Assembly: GCF_001194135.2 (NCBI RefSeq)
Contig: NC_068984.1
Location: forward strand, 41,635,094 to 41,699,093
Length of the DNA stretch: 64,000 bases
Direction of reading: 5' to 3'
Source: Octopus bimaculoides
Lineage: Eukaryota
Program-made: the position numbers and the translations under genes
In this document: positions 1 to 12,769 of the stretch, piece by piece
Position numbering within the stretch: the stretch's first letter is position 1
How the letters are laid out: each line of letters opens with the position of its first letter
The notes under the pieces: model-generated
The model's database searches: none
The model's input: the letters and a program-made list of their open reading frames with translations, nothing else
What the model was told of the DNA's origin: nothing

Positions 1-460
1 TCCTGGTTTCATGTGATTAAAGACTGTGGAACCCTGTAAAATGCCTTCTTCATGTCAATGAATGATAGGTCCACTAGTGAACTTTTGGCTAAGTACTTCT
101 GTAGTTGTCTTGCCAGGAAGTGTAGTACTTCTTCCTAGCACAAATATTAACTTCATTTCATCTGAGCCAATTATCTTTCTAACTAGTTGTCATATAACTC
201 GTTCAGTAGCTTTCATTACCTGTTCTATCAATTTGATGCCTCTATAGTTAACTTTCTCTAGTGCGTCTCCTTTGCCCTTGTAGCCATTAAGAACAACCAA
301 GCACCATAATCACTATACCCTCTGGCTCAGCTCACTCACTTTCATATTGCATATATGACTGCATAGCTGTCAACTTCACCAGTTGTTACCTCTATTAGGT
401 CTGCTTGGAGTATTTCACTTTTCTCCATATATTCTCCGCATTCAACAACCTCTCATAGTA
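1..460 (-). mobile_element. RTE-clade LINE RT fragment, decayed
   Basis: Minus strand translates to YKGKGDALEKVNYRGIKLIEQVMKATERVI.., as in the other RTE copies. Confidence 0.8.
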
Positions 461-631
461 GCACTTTTATTTATTTCTTCCCATTTCAATTCCATTTGGA
501 CATTTATTTCTTAACTTTAATAGCTTTTGTTTTTGATAATCCACCAAGTGTTCTTATTACAAATATTACTAATGTGATCATAAGTTAGCAATCTGTTATC
601 AAAATTAGATTTGCATATTCTTTTCTTTCAG

Positions 632-813
632 ATATGGATGCTCAGAATTTATTGAGTTCTATGATGGTGGCACAAGGCGTTCACCTAGGATCAGTAGATT
701 ATGTGGCCAGAAAAACATTACACATACTATTTTCTCTCAAAGCAGTGTAATGTTAGTGCGATTTCGTACACGCTATAGATCCAAAAAGGGCTTTAAGCTC
801 AAATATTCAATAG
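632..813 (+). CDS. CUBN: Cubilin exon, CUB16 second half (YGCSEFIEFYDGGTRRSPRISRLCGQ..KGFKLKYSI)
   Basis: Acceptor ttttctttcag at 631, donor G|gtatat at 814; phase 2 to 1; missed by the ORF track. Confidence 0.9.
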
Positions 814-903
814 GTATATTCATTTCTTTTCTTATATTGTTCTTTGTGCTCTTGCTGCTCTTTTAGTCTATCAATATTTGCTATCTGTATATTTTATTTG
901 TAA

Positions 904-1296
904 GTGGAGGCACAATGGCCCAGTGGTTAGGGCAGTGGACTCGCGGTCATAGGATCGCGGTTTCGATTCCCAGACCGGGCGTTGTGAGTGTTTATTGAGC
1001 GAAAACACCTAAAGCTCCACGATGCTCCGGCAGGGGATGGTGGCGAACCCTGCTGTACTCTTTCACCACAACTTTCTCTCACTCTTACTTCCTGTTTCTG
1101 CTGTACCTGTATTTCGAAGGCGCCAGCCTTGTCACACTGTGTCACGCTGAATATCCCCGAGAACTACGTTAAGGGTACACGTGTCTGTGGAGTGCTCAGC
1201 CACTTGCACGTTAATTTCATGAGCAGGCTGTTCCGTTGATCGGATCAAATGGAATCCTCAACATCGTAAGCGACGGAGTGCCAACAACAACAACAA
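904..1296 (+). mobile_element. Full-length tRNA(Arg)-like SINE with (CAA)n tail and 12-13 bp target-site duplication
   Basis: Box A TGGCCCAGTGG, box B-like GTTTCGATTCC, tail caacaacaacaacaa; TSD ttttatttgtaa at 892-903 and 1297-1308. Confidence 0.9.
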
Positions 1297-2345
1297 TTTT
1301 ATTTGTAACTATCAGTAAATTACTGGCTGGAGAGTCTATAAAAAACAGCCATCCAGTTGATACTTATAAAGTAAGTAGCAGTTGACACTTGCAAATTAGA
1401 CATTTTCAGAAAAGTAATTGTATTTGAGCCAATTGGCGAGCTTCTATATAGCCAATCAACTTACCATAATTAGTAGCTAAATCTCCCTTAAATCTTACCT
1501 TACCATCTTAAAAACAGGAAGCCACATTGGCTGATGTAGTCTTAGATACACTGTCTGAAACAAAAGTTGGTGTTATCACATCTTGAATACTTTTGATCAT
1601 AGGCATACTTGATCAGGGCAGAGTTTAGCAAAAGACAAAAAAAAAAAAACAATAGCTATATGTTTAAATGGTATATTTACATATAAATATATATTTCAAT
1701 TATTTGAATGAGAGGATAAATTGCTAGTGTACTAATGACATGGTTTTAAGTTCAATCTTACTGTTGTCATTGTGTTATGTCTCTAATTCTATCTTGGTTC
1801 AGTTTGCTTAAAACAAAAAAACAAAAATTTCCATTTGGTATTTCATAATTACATTGGGTAATACATGAAGGTGTCCAACCATTGCTCCCTTAATAAATCA
1901 TCCCATCTCTGAAAGCACAGAAAAAGGGATGAAAAACAAAGAAAATGAAATAAAAGAAATATTTGTAGAGATGTGATAAATTGGTTATGTTTGTTTTGCT
2001 TATTGTACTGTATTACAACTTTAGGTAAGGTAAACTTTTCCAGCATCTGTTTTTCTGGTTGTATAACAAATTTAAAAAAAAAATGCTAAGCACTGAAATG
2101 ACCAGTAGCTAAATAGGTTACAGTTCTGTGATCAGACGTAATTAGGAGTTTAAATAAATAAATAAATAATCATTTTAAAGGAAACTATGTTAAACATTGC
2201 TGTATTTCAGTTGAAGCCATGTTTCTTGATTTTCTTATTAATAAATACATGCACTATTATTTGTTCTCTTGTTATTTTAGTCTGCTAATGTTTTCATCAG
2301 TCTTTCATAACACCCTTATAAACTGCTTTCAAATCTCTGTTTTAG

Positions 2346-2552
2346 CAAAGTGTGGTGGTACATTTAATGTTGAACATGGCCACATCAAGAGTGAAAATTA
2401 TCCTCAAAATTACGAAAATAATGTAAATTGTGAGTGGGCAATAAGGCTTGTTCCTCGTTATTATATTACTCTGGACTTTGAAGATTTTAAGCTGCAAACA
2501 TCTCCAAACTGTTCAGCAGATTATTTATATATATATGAAAAGATACCAGAAG
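2346..2552 (+). CDS. CUBN: Cubilin exon, CUB17 first half (AKCGGTFNVEHGHIKSENYPQNY..DYLYIYEKIPE)
   Basis: tttag| acceptor, |gtaagt donor; 207 nt; phase 1 to 1. Confidence 0.92.
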
Positions 2553-2702
2553 GTAAGTGAAATTAATGCTTCATACATTGACATCAATTTTTTTGTATGC
2601 TTAGAAGAAATTTTTTTTATTACATTTTGTAATCTATGAAGCTAGGATGAATATTAGATCAATTAATTCTTGAAGATTATCTCCTAATATAATAATGAGC
2701 AT

Positions 2703-4900
2703 TGTCATCATCATCATCATCATCGTCATCGTTTAACATCTGCTTTCTGTGCTGGCATGGGTTGGATGGTTTGACTGAGGGCTGGCAAGCCAGAAGGCTG
2801 CACCAGGCTCCAATCTGATCTGGCAAAGTTTCTACAGTTGGATGTTCTTCCTAATGCCAATCACTCCGAGAGTGTAGTGGGTGCTTTTTACGTGCCACAG
2901 GCATGAGGGCCAGTCAGGCGGTACTAGTATCGACCACGCTTGAATGGTGCTTTTTACATGTCATGGGCATGGGACCAGTCAGGCGGTACTGGTATCGACC
3001 ACACACAAAGGGTGTTTTTTACGTGCCACCGGCACAGGTGCCAATTAGGCAGTACTGTCATCGGCCACGACAATGACTTTACTTGATTCAACAGGTCTTC
3101 GCAAGTGCAGTTTATTGCCCAATGATTGAAGGGTATTCTTAAATGGGCAGGTTATGCTGCACTGGTATAGGCCACTTGGCTTGCTGGGTCTTCTCAATCA
3201 CAGCATATCTCCAAAGATCTCAGTCACTTGTCATCGCCTCCGTGAGGCCCAACATTCAAAGGTCGTACTTCACCACCTCATCCCAGGTCTTCCTGGGTCT
3301 ACCTCTTCCACAGGTTCCCTCGACTGCTAGGGTGTGAAACTTTTTCACACAGCTGTCCTTATCTATATGCAATATATGCCCATACTAGTGCAGTCATCTC
3401 TCTTGCACACCACATCTGATGCTTCTTATGTCCAAATTTTCTCTCAGAGCGCTTACACTCTGTTGTGTATGCATACTGATATTACACATCCAGCAGAGCA
3501 TACAAGCTTCAATCCTTGCAAGCTTATGCATGTCCTCAGCAGTCACTGCCCATATTTCACTGCCATGTAGCATGGCTGTTCGCACACATGCATCATACAG
3601 TCTACCTTTTACTCTGAGTGAGAAGCCCTTTCTCACCAGCAGAGGTAGGAGCTCTCTGAACTTTGCCCAGGATATTCTTATTCTAGCAGCTACACTCTCA
3701 GAGCATCCATCCCCTGCTACTGACTTGGTTACCTAGGTAACTCTAAGGCCCTTTGATTCTAGACCTTGCTTCCATACCTGAAACTTCTCTAGTTCTCATA
3801 GTGCTTCAGCTGTAAAAACAAGATCATCAGTGTAGAGTAGCTCCCAGGGTCCGCCTGTATTAAATTCCTCTGTAATTGCCTGGAGGACTCTGATGAACAA
3901 GATGGAGAAGAGGACTGGTCCTTGTTAAACCCCTGCTTGGTGAACTCCTACTTGTACTAACCCTCACCCTACTGGTAGCGTCCCTGTACATGGCTTGTAC
4001 ACCTCTCACCAACCACTCATCTATCCCTAGTTTCTACAGTGACCACCAGCTAAGGGGTCAAGGGACCTTGTCAAAGGCTTTCTCCAAGTCAACAAAAGCC
4101 AAGTACAGAAGTTTATCTTTGGCTAGGTATTTCTCCTGCAGCTGCCTTACCAGAAATATAGCATCAGTGGTGCTTCTCCCTGGCACAAAACCAAACTGCA
4201 TCTCATCTAGACTAACTCTCTCCCTAATTAGTTGGGCTATGACTGTCTCAGTAACTTCCATTACCTGATCCAACAATTTGATACCTCTAATTATTTCTAT
4301 CTAAGGCATCACCTTTGCCTTTGTAGAAGTTGACTATGGTGCTGTTACACCAGTCATTGGGTATGATTCCTTCTTGAACCACCTGATTTACAGTATGGGT
4401 GACTAGACCATAACCCACACTCCTAGATATTTCAAGCACTTCAGTGATGATTCCTGATGGGCCATGGGCTTTCTTCATCTTCATATCCTTAATTGCTTTA
4501 TCTACCAGGGTACAGTTCATTCAGATAACTGGTCTCTCAATTGGGTCAACATTTGGCAGACTGTACTCCTCCATTTCCTTCTCCATGCTCAGCAGTCTTT
4601 CATAATGGCATTTCCAAGCCTCTTTCTTTGCAGAATCATTAAAAGCAAGTGCACCATCATCCATGCAGACACATTTCTCTCCTATGACATCACAATTTTC
4701 TCTCATACACTGTCTTGCAATCTGAAACACTTCAAGTCTTTGATCCTCATGTTGCTGAACATAGACAAACTTCTTTTCTGCTTCTCCCTTGGCTTGATAT
4801 ACCTGTCTCCTGGCTTCCCTTCTGGTTATCTGATACAATTCCCTGCTACCCCCACTCTTCCAGGCCTGTTTCTTTGCTCTAATGGCCCCGTCTACAGCAT
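2703..4900 (-). mobile_element. 5'-truncated RTE-clade LINE (RT region, 3' UTR, (GAT)n tail), internally deleted near 3720-3740
   Basis: QFGFVPGRSTTDAIF..LAFVDLEKAFDKVP; VKGRLYDACVRTAMLHGSE; (TCA)n at 2703-2730. Confidence 0.9.
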
Positions 4901-4944
4901 CAATAATCAGATATAAATGAAAAATATAAATTTAATATAAATGT

Positions 4945-5344
4945 NNNNNNNNNNNNNNNNNNNNNNNNNNNNNNNNNNNNNNNNNNNNNNNNNNNNNNNN
5001 NNNNNNNNNNNNNNNNNNNNNNNNNNNNNNNNNNNNNNNNNNNNNNNNNNNNNNNNNNNNNNNNNNNNNNNNNNNNNNNNNNNNNNNNNNNNNNNNNNNN
5101 NNNNNNNNNNNNNNNNNNNNNNNNNNNNNNNNNNNNNNNNNNNNNNNNNNNNNNNNNNNNNNNNNNNNNNNNNNNNNNNNNNNNNNNNNNNNNNNNNNNN
5201 NNNNNNNNNNNNNNNNNNNNNNNNNNNNNNNNNNNNNNNNNNNNNNNNNNNNNNNNNNNNNNNNNNNNNNNNNNNNNNNNNNNNNNNNNNNNNNNNNNNN
5301 NNNNNNNNNNNNNNNNNNNNNNNNNNNNNNNNNNNNNNNNNNNN
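4945..5344. other. Assembly gap (400 N); further gaps at 55142-55377 and 59582-59746
   Basis: N runs. Confidence 0.99.
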
Positions 5345-5346
5345 AT

Positions 5347-5678
5347 ATATAATTGCCAACCAAGGGTGGTGTTCCAAATGGAATAGTGCTGCTGATTTTT
5401 ATAGCCCCAGGAAGACATCTCCTCCAGCTCGCTAACAACACACATTCTGTATCCGATTAGTATTTCTGATGGGAGGTCTAGCCTTACGTGATACACACAA
5501 ACTCGAGTTTCTGGGTGTATCACATAAGGCTAGGGATGGGAGCGATGACCTCCCCTCGCAAATATTAATTGAACACAGAATGTGTGTTGCTAGTTAGCAG
5601 GAGGAGTTGTCTTCTTGAGGCTATAAAAGTCAGTAGCAGTATCCTGTGTGGGACACCACACTTGGTTGGCAATTATAT
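5347..5678. mobile_element. Foldback MITE-like element with 132-bp inverted arms and an inner 19-bp hairpin
   Basis: 5347-5478 vs reverse complement of 5547-5678: 23 mismatches in 132; ends ATAT..ATAT. Confidence 0.85.
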
Positions 5679-6230
5679 GTTGCAATTCTGTATTACTACT
5701 GTTTTCATCTCACTCAGAGATTTAATATAGCTATATATATATATATCAAAGAAACTCTTAAGCATTATTCTAGTATAAAGTTACTAATGAAGACAATCAT
5801 GCAATATAAATATATGTAATAATACATATAATAAAACTGCCATAAATCATGAATCCTTTAACAAGAGTAATCTTACTGGAGTGAAAGACAGCTTAAGAAA
5901 ATGAGACCACAACATTTAAAAGATTCACAGTGAACAAGCCTATCAAATATGTATTCTCATCATCAGCTACTTAATGAATATCACTATGGTTTCAACAGCG
6001 CACACACGTGTGTGTATTTGAAGGAGAGAAAGAGAGCTAATGTCTTTTCTTGAAGTGTCCTCAGTTTTGATCTGGAATTTATAAAACATTTAGCCATCAA
6101 CTTGAACTATACACTTGACACTTACATAAATGATTTGGACTGACTAAAACCTCTCCTGTTAATAAAATGATGAATGATTTCAGTTTTAATTTTACTTTTG
6201 TTTTTAATGAGCATATTTGTTTTCTTTTAG

Positions 6231-6371
6231 AAAGGACACTCTTCCGCTCTTGTGGACACAACTCTACTCAAAGTATACAATCAACCGCACATGAAATTTT
6301 CATAGTTTTCAAAACAGACTCTGATCAAACAGACCAAGGTTTTTCACTTCGTTACAGTGCAAATCCTCATA
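6231..6371 (+). CDS. CUBN: Cubilin exon, CUB17 second half (ERTLFRSCGHNST..FKTDSDQTDQGFSLRYSANPH)
   Basis: ttcttttag|, |gtaagt; 141 nt; phase 1 to 1. Confidence 0.92.
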
Positions 6372-6754
6372 GTAAGTATATGTTGTCTAAATGCTGATTT
6401 TGAAGTACAATATGTACATATGAGAAATATTTATGAGTAAACTAAGAAATTAAATGTCCTTATTTTTGTCTATCACAGTACTATATACAAGCACAAAACC
6501 ATGCTAAAAATTCAGAAATTAAACCCCTCAGAGTTAGAGAATTCAAAATGTAGCACCATTGGTAAAATATACAACTGGATAAATGAATTAGAAAGAAAAT
6601 ACAGTAATTTCTCGACTATCACGATTTATTATTTTTATAATTTGTATCTGTTTATTTTATTGTAAACGCAAAACAACACCATGGAGGAATCAATGTAAGC
6701 TTAAATAATAAACTACGATAGGTGAACCACAATATGGCGAGAGATTACAGGGTA

Positions 6755-7910
6755 CTATAAAAACCCATGTAATTTACACACTTTTTTTTCATGGAAACAA
6801 AAATAAACTTTAGTGGGTAGGTAAATTACATGAGTAGATCATTTCCAGGATTCTTTTAGAATTTTTTTTTTTGTTGAAAAATGACATACAAATATGACAT
6901 TCATACCGGAAGTTGACTCATTTAATGTCAGAATAGGTTTTTACAGAAAAAATATAATGAAGTTGACTTTTATTTATGCTGGACAGTATAATGCTTACTT
7001 TTTCTGTATAAATCTCATGCTATCTTCATAGAACACTTGTAATGTGTGTATTACCAGTTCTTTTGGTATAGTAGATTTTTGCTATTCTTGTTTATGTCTC
7101 CTCATAGACGTGCATATTCCAACAAGTCATTTCTTAAATTTCGCACCTCTCTGGTTCAATAAACACTGAGTTAAACTTGCAAAGCTGTTTATTTTCTCCT
7201 TTCGATTTTTAATGTTTATTTTAGCAGGATACCAAACTATCAGTTTGGTAATGATACATTTTTTTAAGCCTGCTTGACATTTTATAAGTGTGAAAGGGAT
7301 TAAATTTCAATACTCCATATCAAAGGTTCTCACAAGAATAGGCAGAAAATCAGAGCTTGAGACAAGAAGACACTTTTGACCAATCAGAATTCAGTTTACA
7401 TAATCAGTTTGATCACCTTCCTCTGTCAGTTGAGTAAAGTGTCATCCAAGCTGATGTTTATTGGTAATTAAACTTATTTTGCAACACTTGTGCATTTTTA
7501 TCAGCTTTGTCTTTGTTGATAAGAATTATCAACAACTTTTCCTGTGATCGTGATTTGAGAAGACATATAGAAGTATGCTAAAGATTGGACATAATCTCTT
7601 GTGGGCAAGAAATGTAAAATAAAATTTATTATAAACAACACAAATACTTTGTAATTTAATAGCTTTCAATGTGATACCTGTTAAACAGAAATTATTTTTA
7701 TTTAATGAAAATTTAATAAAATCTAATCATAAGTAAGTGAAATTATGCTAAATACAACTAAGTTGCAAGCATTTTCCCCCTGGTCATATCAGCAATTCTG
7801 AAAACTCTTGGGTGTGAATTTTACACAAGTAGAAGCTTTTTTTCACAATTCTATACTGAAAATCACCTGTGTAAATTAAACAGGTGCACAAATTACATGG
7901 GTTTTTACAG
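6755..7910. mobile_element. Non-autonomous Tc1/mariner-superfamily (Tc2/pogo-like) DNA transposon
   Basis: TIR CT(A/G)TAAAAACCCATGTAATTT at both ends (1 mismatch), TA flanks at 6753-6754 and 7911-7912; no intact transposase seen. Confidence 0.7.
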
Positions 7911-8049
7911 TAGTTCTTTACTGTTTGTACTTGTAACTCTTTATATATTGAAGTGACTTCAGCAAATAGTCATGTCTGATTGTTGCATTGGGATCACCCA
8001 GTAATTGGTTTTATGTTGAGTAAAACAATTTATTTTTTATTTGTTTCAG

Positions 8050-8330
8050 TTATTAGACTGTTGTCAAGCTGGGGCACTGCCCTGAAGAATTTTAGTTGAA
8101 TGAATCAACCCCCAGTACTTATTTTTTTGTAAAGCCTGGTTCTCATTTTGTCAGTATCTTTTGTCAGACCAGGGACGTAAACACACCAACACCAGTTGTT
8201 AAGTAATGAGTAATGAGTTTCCATCTCCCAAATCTATTCACAAGACTTTGGTCAACCCATGCTCAAAGTGCCATGCAATAAGGTTGAACCTGAAACCAAT
8301 GTGGTTGAGAAGCCACAGCTACACCTATTG
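8050..8330 (-). mobile_element. SINE family A copy, decayed
   Basis: Reverse similarity to 30773-31177. Confidence 0.7.
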
Positions 8331-8758
8331 AATAAAAATTGAATTAAAAAGAAATTCCTCAAACATAATTCCAAATTACATTGCATGTAATAAGTTCCAT
8401 TGAGAATGTTATATGTTTCTGTTATGTAAATATTTGACCCAGGTTAGATTCTTGATTGAAGTAGTTACTTACTCTGCTTATGACTTTGGAAAAAGCATGA
8501 ACATTAGTATATTCCATTTTCTTCCCTTACAAATTTAAAATTTTGCATTTAGTTCAAAAAATAATTATTCAAATGCACTTTTTTTTTTTGAAACAATTAG
8601 AACTGAATATAAAGTTTTAGCTCTGTTTCTTACAGAATCTACTTGAAGACTGGTGCACAAAATCTAAGTCAATATTGAAGTATGATAGTAAGCATGTATA
8701 TGTCTCATTGTTATGTAATTTGTGCTTAAATCATTTGAATTTGTTCTACAATTAATAG

Positions 8759-8931
8759 CATGTGGTGACACTTTGACCCAGTCTCAAGCAACTATCACCT
8801 CACCTGGTTATCCTGATAAAGTGAATGCAAGATGGACTTGCATATGGAAAATAGAAGTAAATCCAGACAGAAGAGTGTATCTAAAATTCCAAGATATAGA
8901 TTTATATAACTGTAGGAATGCATATGTGAAA
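8759..8931 (+). CDS. CUBN: Cubilin exon, CUB18 first half (TCGDTLTQSQATITSPGYP..NCRNAYVK)
   Basis: attaatag|, |gtaaat; 173 nt; phase 1 to 0. Confidence 0.9.
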
Positions 8932-9335
8932 GTAAATATGTTGATATATTTTTACAATTCTTTTTGTGTTATAAAATTTGCAAATTGTTACATTTTCCCT
9001 TTGATGAAGCAACTGTCTTTTTTAACCTCTTTCTCTCAAAACCTATGCCTTTCTTCTTGTTAATCATTCAACTAAGAAATAAAAGTAGCACTTAAGGTAG
9101 TATACTGAGACTAGCAGAATATTTTGCTGTTGCTAGACTGCACGTTAAATACTAGAGTTGCATTTTACTTATTAGATAGTAATGTAATAAGTTACACTTG
9201 AACAAGTAACAATGGTTTCTCTCTTATGCATTATAAGTTAATGCTGTTAGAAATCATGTTACAAACTAATTCAAGCAAAATATCTCCAGACAAAATACTC
9301 AGCCTTCACTGAAATGTCTAAAGATATATTTAGAG

Positions 9336-9668
9336 CAGTGGTTCCCAAACTTTTAGAGCTGCTGCCCCCTTGACACCCAGGTCACATTCCTAGCAGCCCC
9401 ACCCCAACCAACCAACCATCACAAACATAGACCTCTTTCTGAAGCAAATTCAAAGCAACTGTATTTCACAAATAAAACTTAACCTAACAAAGCCATTATT
9501 TTGTTTTTACATGAATCACTACCCCATTATAGCCCCAATTTGTTTACATGAATCGCTACCCCATTATCACCCTGCTTTTCTTCAACACCCCCTTGGAACT
9601 TTCGACTCCCCCCCCCCACCAAGTGGGGGTGGAGGTGGGGACAATACCACCCACTTTGGGAATCACTG
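9336..9668. mobile_element. hAT (Charlie-like) MITE
   Basis: TIR CAGTG(G/A)TTCCCAAA; 8-bp TSD atttagag / attgagag; internal ~28-bp duplication (tttacatgaatc.ctaccccattat). Confidence 0.85.
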
Positions 9669-10703
9669 ATTGAGAGGAAATAGTTCCTTTTGAATTGAAT
9701 GTAGTAATGATGCTGAGAGATCACTATTCATTGCACTATTCATTGCACTCGATATTCTAGCAATAGGAAAAGACCATGTACAGCTATGTTAATGATGACT
9801 TCAAAGTACTGATGATTAATTTTTGCTAAGGCCTTAGGCTAATTCAAAATAATCAAGTGCTCCATAAAAATAAAATATCTTTATCAGTCTTCTTATTAAC
9901 TTATAATAATTCAAATTAAAAATCAACTATTTTAACATTGTGTGACCTAGGAGGGTTAAAAACTATGAACATTATTGTCGTTGTTCTCTATATTAAATTT
10001 TTCCTTTTTATGTCATCTTGCACACTGTGTTCTTTTTTCAAATCATTTAAACAATGAAAGGAAGTAAATAATTGGCCTACCAGCTGGTGGACTTTCTGAA
10101 ATCACAAAAAGGGATTCCACACTTTGGTGTCTCTGGTTAGACCAAACTCAGTGCTGAGTCAATAAAGACATTTCCACTTCTTCATATGGACTTAGTCCTT
10201 TGGTATGAACTTTGCCTTTTCATATATTGCAAGAAGACTTACTCATCTTTCTTTGCAAAACATCATGCAGCTAGATTTTTTAGGAATCATGTATAGAAAT
10301 GGAGGATACTATGAAGCATTTCTTGATTTTTAATCCTCTTTATTTTGATGTGTCTATGGAGGATCATTACGTCAATATTAAAAACATACAAATTCACATA
10401 AAGAATCTTGCAAACCAAATACAAAATCTTCTTCATATTTTTAGGCATTCAAAAAATGGATGTTTTTCATCAGATATTGATGTTTGTTAGATTAGAAAAA
10501 CATTTGAAACTTGTGTAATTTTCTGAAAATTTCATGACGAGAGCATTAGTACCATAATACCTGTTGACACATAAGTAAGATATGGATGAAATCCAAACAT
10601 CATAGTGTTTCTGGTTTATATACCTTGACTTGATCTTGTTTTGCATCTACTTTGGGGGAAATTATGAAATTATAATATAAAATCTTCAAATATTTTCTTC
10701 CAG

Positions 10704-10863
10704 GTTTACCAAACCTTATCTTTTGAATTTCCTATGATGACATTCTGCAATGAGAGAGTTCAAGAGATTAAATCATCTCAAAATACAATGAAAATAATGT
10801 TTACAACACGTAGACAATTTTCTTCAAAATTTAAAGCATATTATACAACTCTGGAAAGCAGAT
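10704..10863 (+). CDS. CUBN: Cubilin exon, CUB18 second half (VYQTLSFEFPMMTFCNE..SKFKAYYTTLESR)
   Basis: ttttcttccag|, |gtaagt; 160 nt; phase 0 to 1. Confidence 0.9.
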
Positions 10864-11022
10864 GTAAGTATAATACTCTATTTGCATTTATGTGCAAGTG
10901 TGAAATAACCACATTGATTAAAATTTTGTTATGGCTTTTGGTGTAATATTGTAAGAGAATTTAGTTACATATTATATGTAGTACAATATATAATTATATT
11001 TTCTTCTAATTTGTATTTTCTC

Positions 11023-11363
11023 ATGCCAGTGCCACCTGACTGGTTCTGTGCTGGTGGCACATAAAAAGCACCATTTGTGAATGGTTGTTGCTAGTGCTGC
11101 TTGACTGGCTCCCATGCTGGTAGCACATAAAGAGCACCATTCGAGCAAGGTTGATGCCAGTGCCACCTGACTGGCCCCCCGTGCTGGTGGCATGTAAAAA
11201 GCACCCACTACACTGTCAGAGTAGTTGGCATTAGGAAAGGCATCCAGCTGTAGAAACCTTGCTGGATCAGATTGGAGCCTGGTGCAGCCTCCTGGCTTGC
11301 CAGTCCTCAGTCAAACTGTCCAACCCATGCCAGTATGGAAAGTGGACATTAAACAATGATGAT
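11023..11363 (+). mobile_element. RTE-clade LINE 3' UTR fragment with (GAT)n tail
   Basis: Matches the reverse of 2703-3075. Confidence 0.85.
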
Positions 11364-12339
11364 ATGTCCAGTTACATTATGAAGGTTAAGATAAATTGTA
11401 ACATTGGTAATATACTCTCTAGCCCCTTTAAGTTTATTTCTATAAACTTGTTTTTTTTATATCATCTTTTGTTCATGGTTCATATTTATATGAAAAGAAT
11501 GATACAGAACTTTTCTGAAGAAAAATGATCTACAATAATGTTAACAAAAAGTTACCAAAAACAGTAGAAGGTGCACCTTTATGCAAGTCTCATACTTCAA
11601 GGATCTCAGATCATTCATGGCAGATTTAAACAGTAGCTTCATGGTCTATAGAAGTTTTGCTCGGAAATTACTCAATGTTATGAAGAATATCTGGTGACTC
11701 AACCTATCCAGACAACTCAAGAAGAGAATCTTTGCATCTCATTTCTTTTTGTAGCAGTTGATGATGATACTGTTGCACTAGTCATTAGCATAACCTCTTC
11801 CTATATACTGCTTGACCAGATCCAGTCTCACACACCTACCCTACAATGTCATTCTAAAAATAAACAATCACATCATTGAAATCTCATAGCTATGGGATAA
11901 GATAAGGCATGATTAATTCAAAACGATGTAAATGAATGTGTCATATTTGACAGAGTAATCTGAATGCTAGAAGATTAAAATATTGTTGTTCAGACATTAA
12001 TATGGAAGAGTGCTGAAAGTATTCACAATGCTGTGAAAATTAAATATTATTTAATCATAAAATCAAATTTAATTATAAAATTAAATTTTTTTAAATCTAA
12101 TATCATTCATAAATAATACCAAGTCCATTATGGCATTCACAGAAACAAAGGGGCAAGTTGTAATAGTCAAATCATTTGATAAACTTCATAACCTAGAACC
12201 TCTATTTGGTTGACAATTTGTGTTTTTAAAATATTGAATACATTTATTTTACTCTTTCTCCAGCATTGTGGTGGCTTTCATCACATTTCTTTGCTTATAA
12301 AATCATGTTTTAATTGAATGTTTATTATTTTTTAAATAG

Positions 12340-12531
12340 TATGTGGTGGTTTACTGACAAGTGATTCTGGCTCTGTCATTTCTCCGGAATCTGATCCATA
12401 TAATAGTGCACAAGTAGTTGTCTGCACTTGGTTACTGCAACCTACTCCAAGAGATAATATGACAATCATGATTAACATTGAAATGAGTAATAATCAACAT
12501 TGCAATGAAAATTATTTTAATGTTATAGAAG
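12340..12531 (+). CDS. CUBN: Cubilin exon, CUB19 first half (LCGGLLTSDSGSVISPES..HCNENYFNVIE)
   Basis: tttttaaatag|, G|gtaaaa; 192 nt; phase 1 to 1. Confidence 0.9.
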
Positions 12532-12769
12532 GTAAAACAAAAATTTCTTCTTGTAGCTTGTGTAAAACTTTTAGTTTCACTCTTTTGCTTTGCATTTTTC
12601 CAAAAGCCTTATGTAATATATACAGATATGAAATAGCCAAATGAATAAGGTATGAATTTATCTATTGATGGATCATGTGTTGAAATCTGCTGCAGGTATT
12701 TCGTTGTGTTTCTGAAAATGATGACATTTTCCTATGTTGCTTCAGTTCTTTAAGCAGTATATTGTGTAT

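Noticed and set aside
906-980. Possible tRNA-Arg gene
   Set aside because: The cloverleaf is imperfect and it continues into a SINE body with tail and TSD, so it is a SINE head
4900-5523. Long ORFs in the supplied track (also 55065-55492 and 59537-59830)
   Set aside because: They run through N gaps and are artefacts
9950-9958. piggyBac-like ends (AGGGTTAA here, TTAACCCT at 24425)
   Set aside because: No matching partner end in the correct orientation was found
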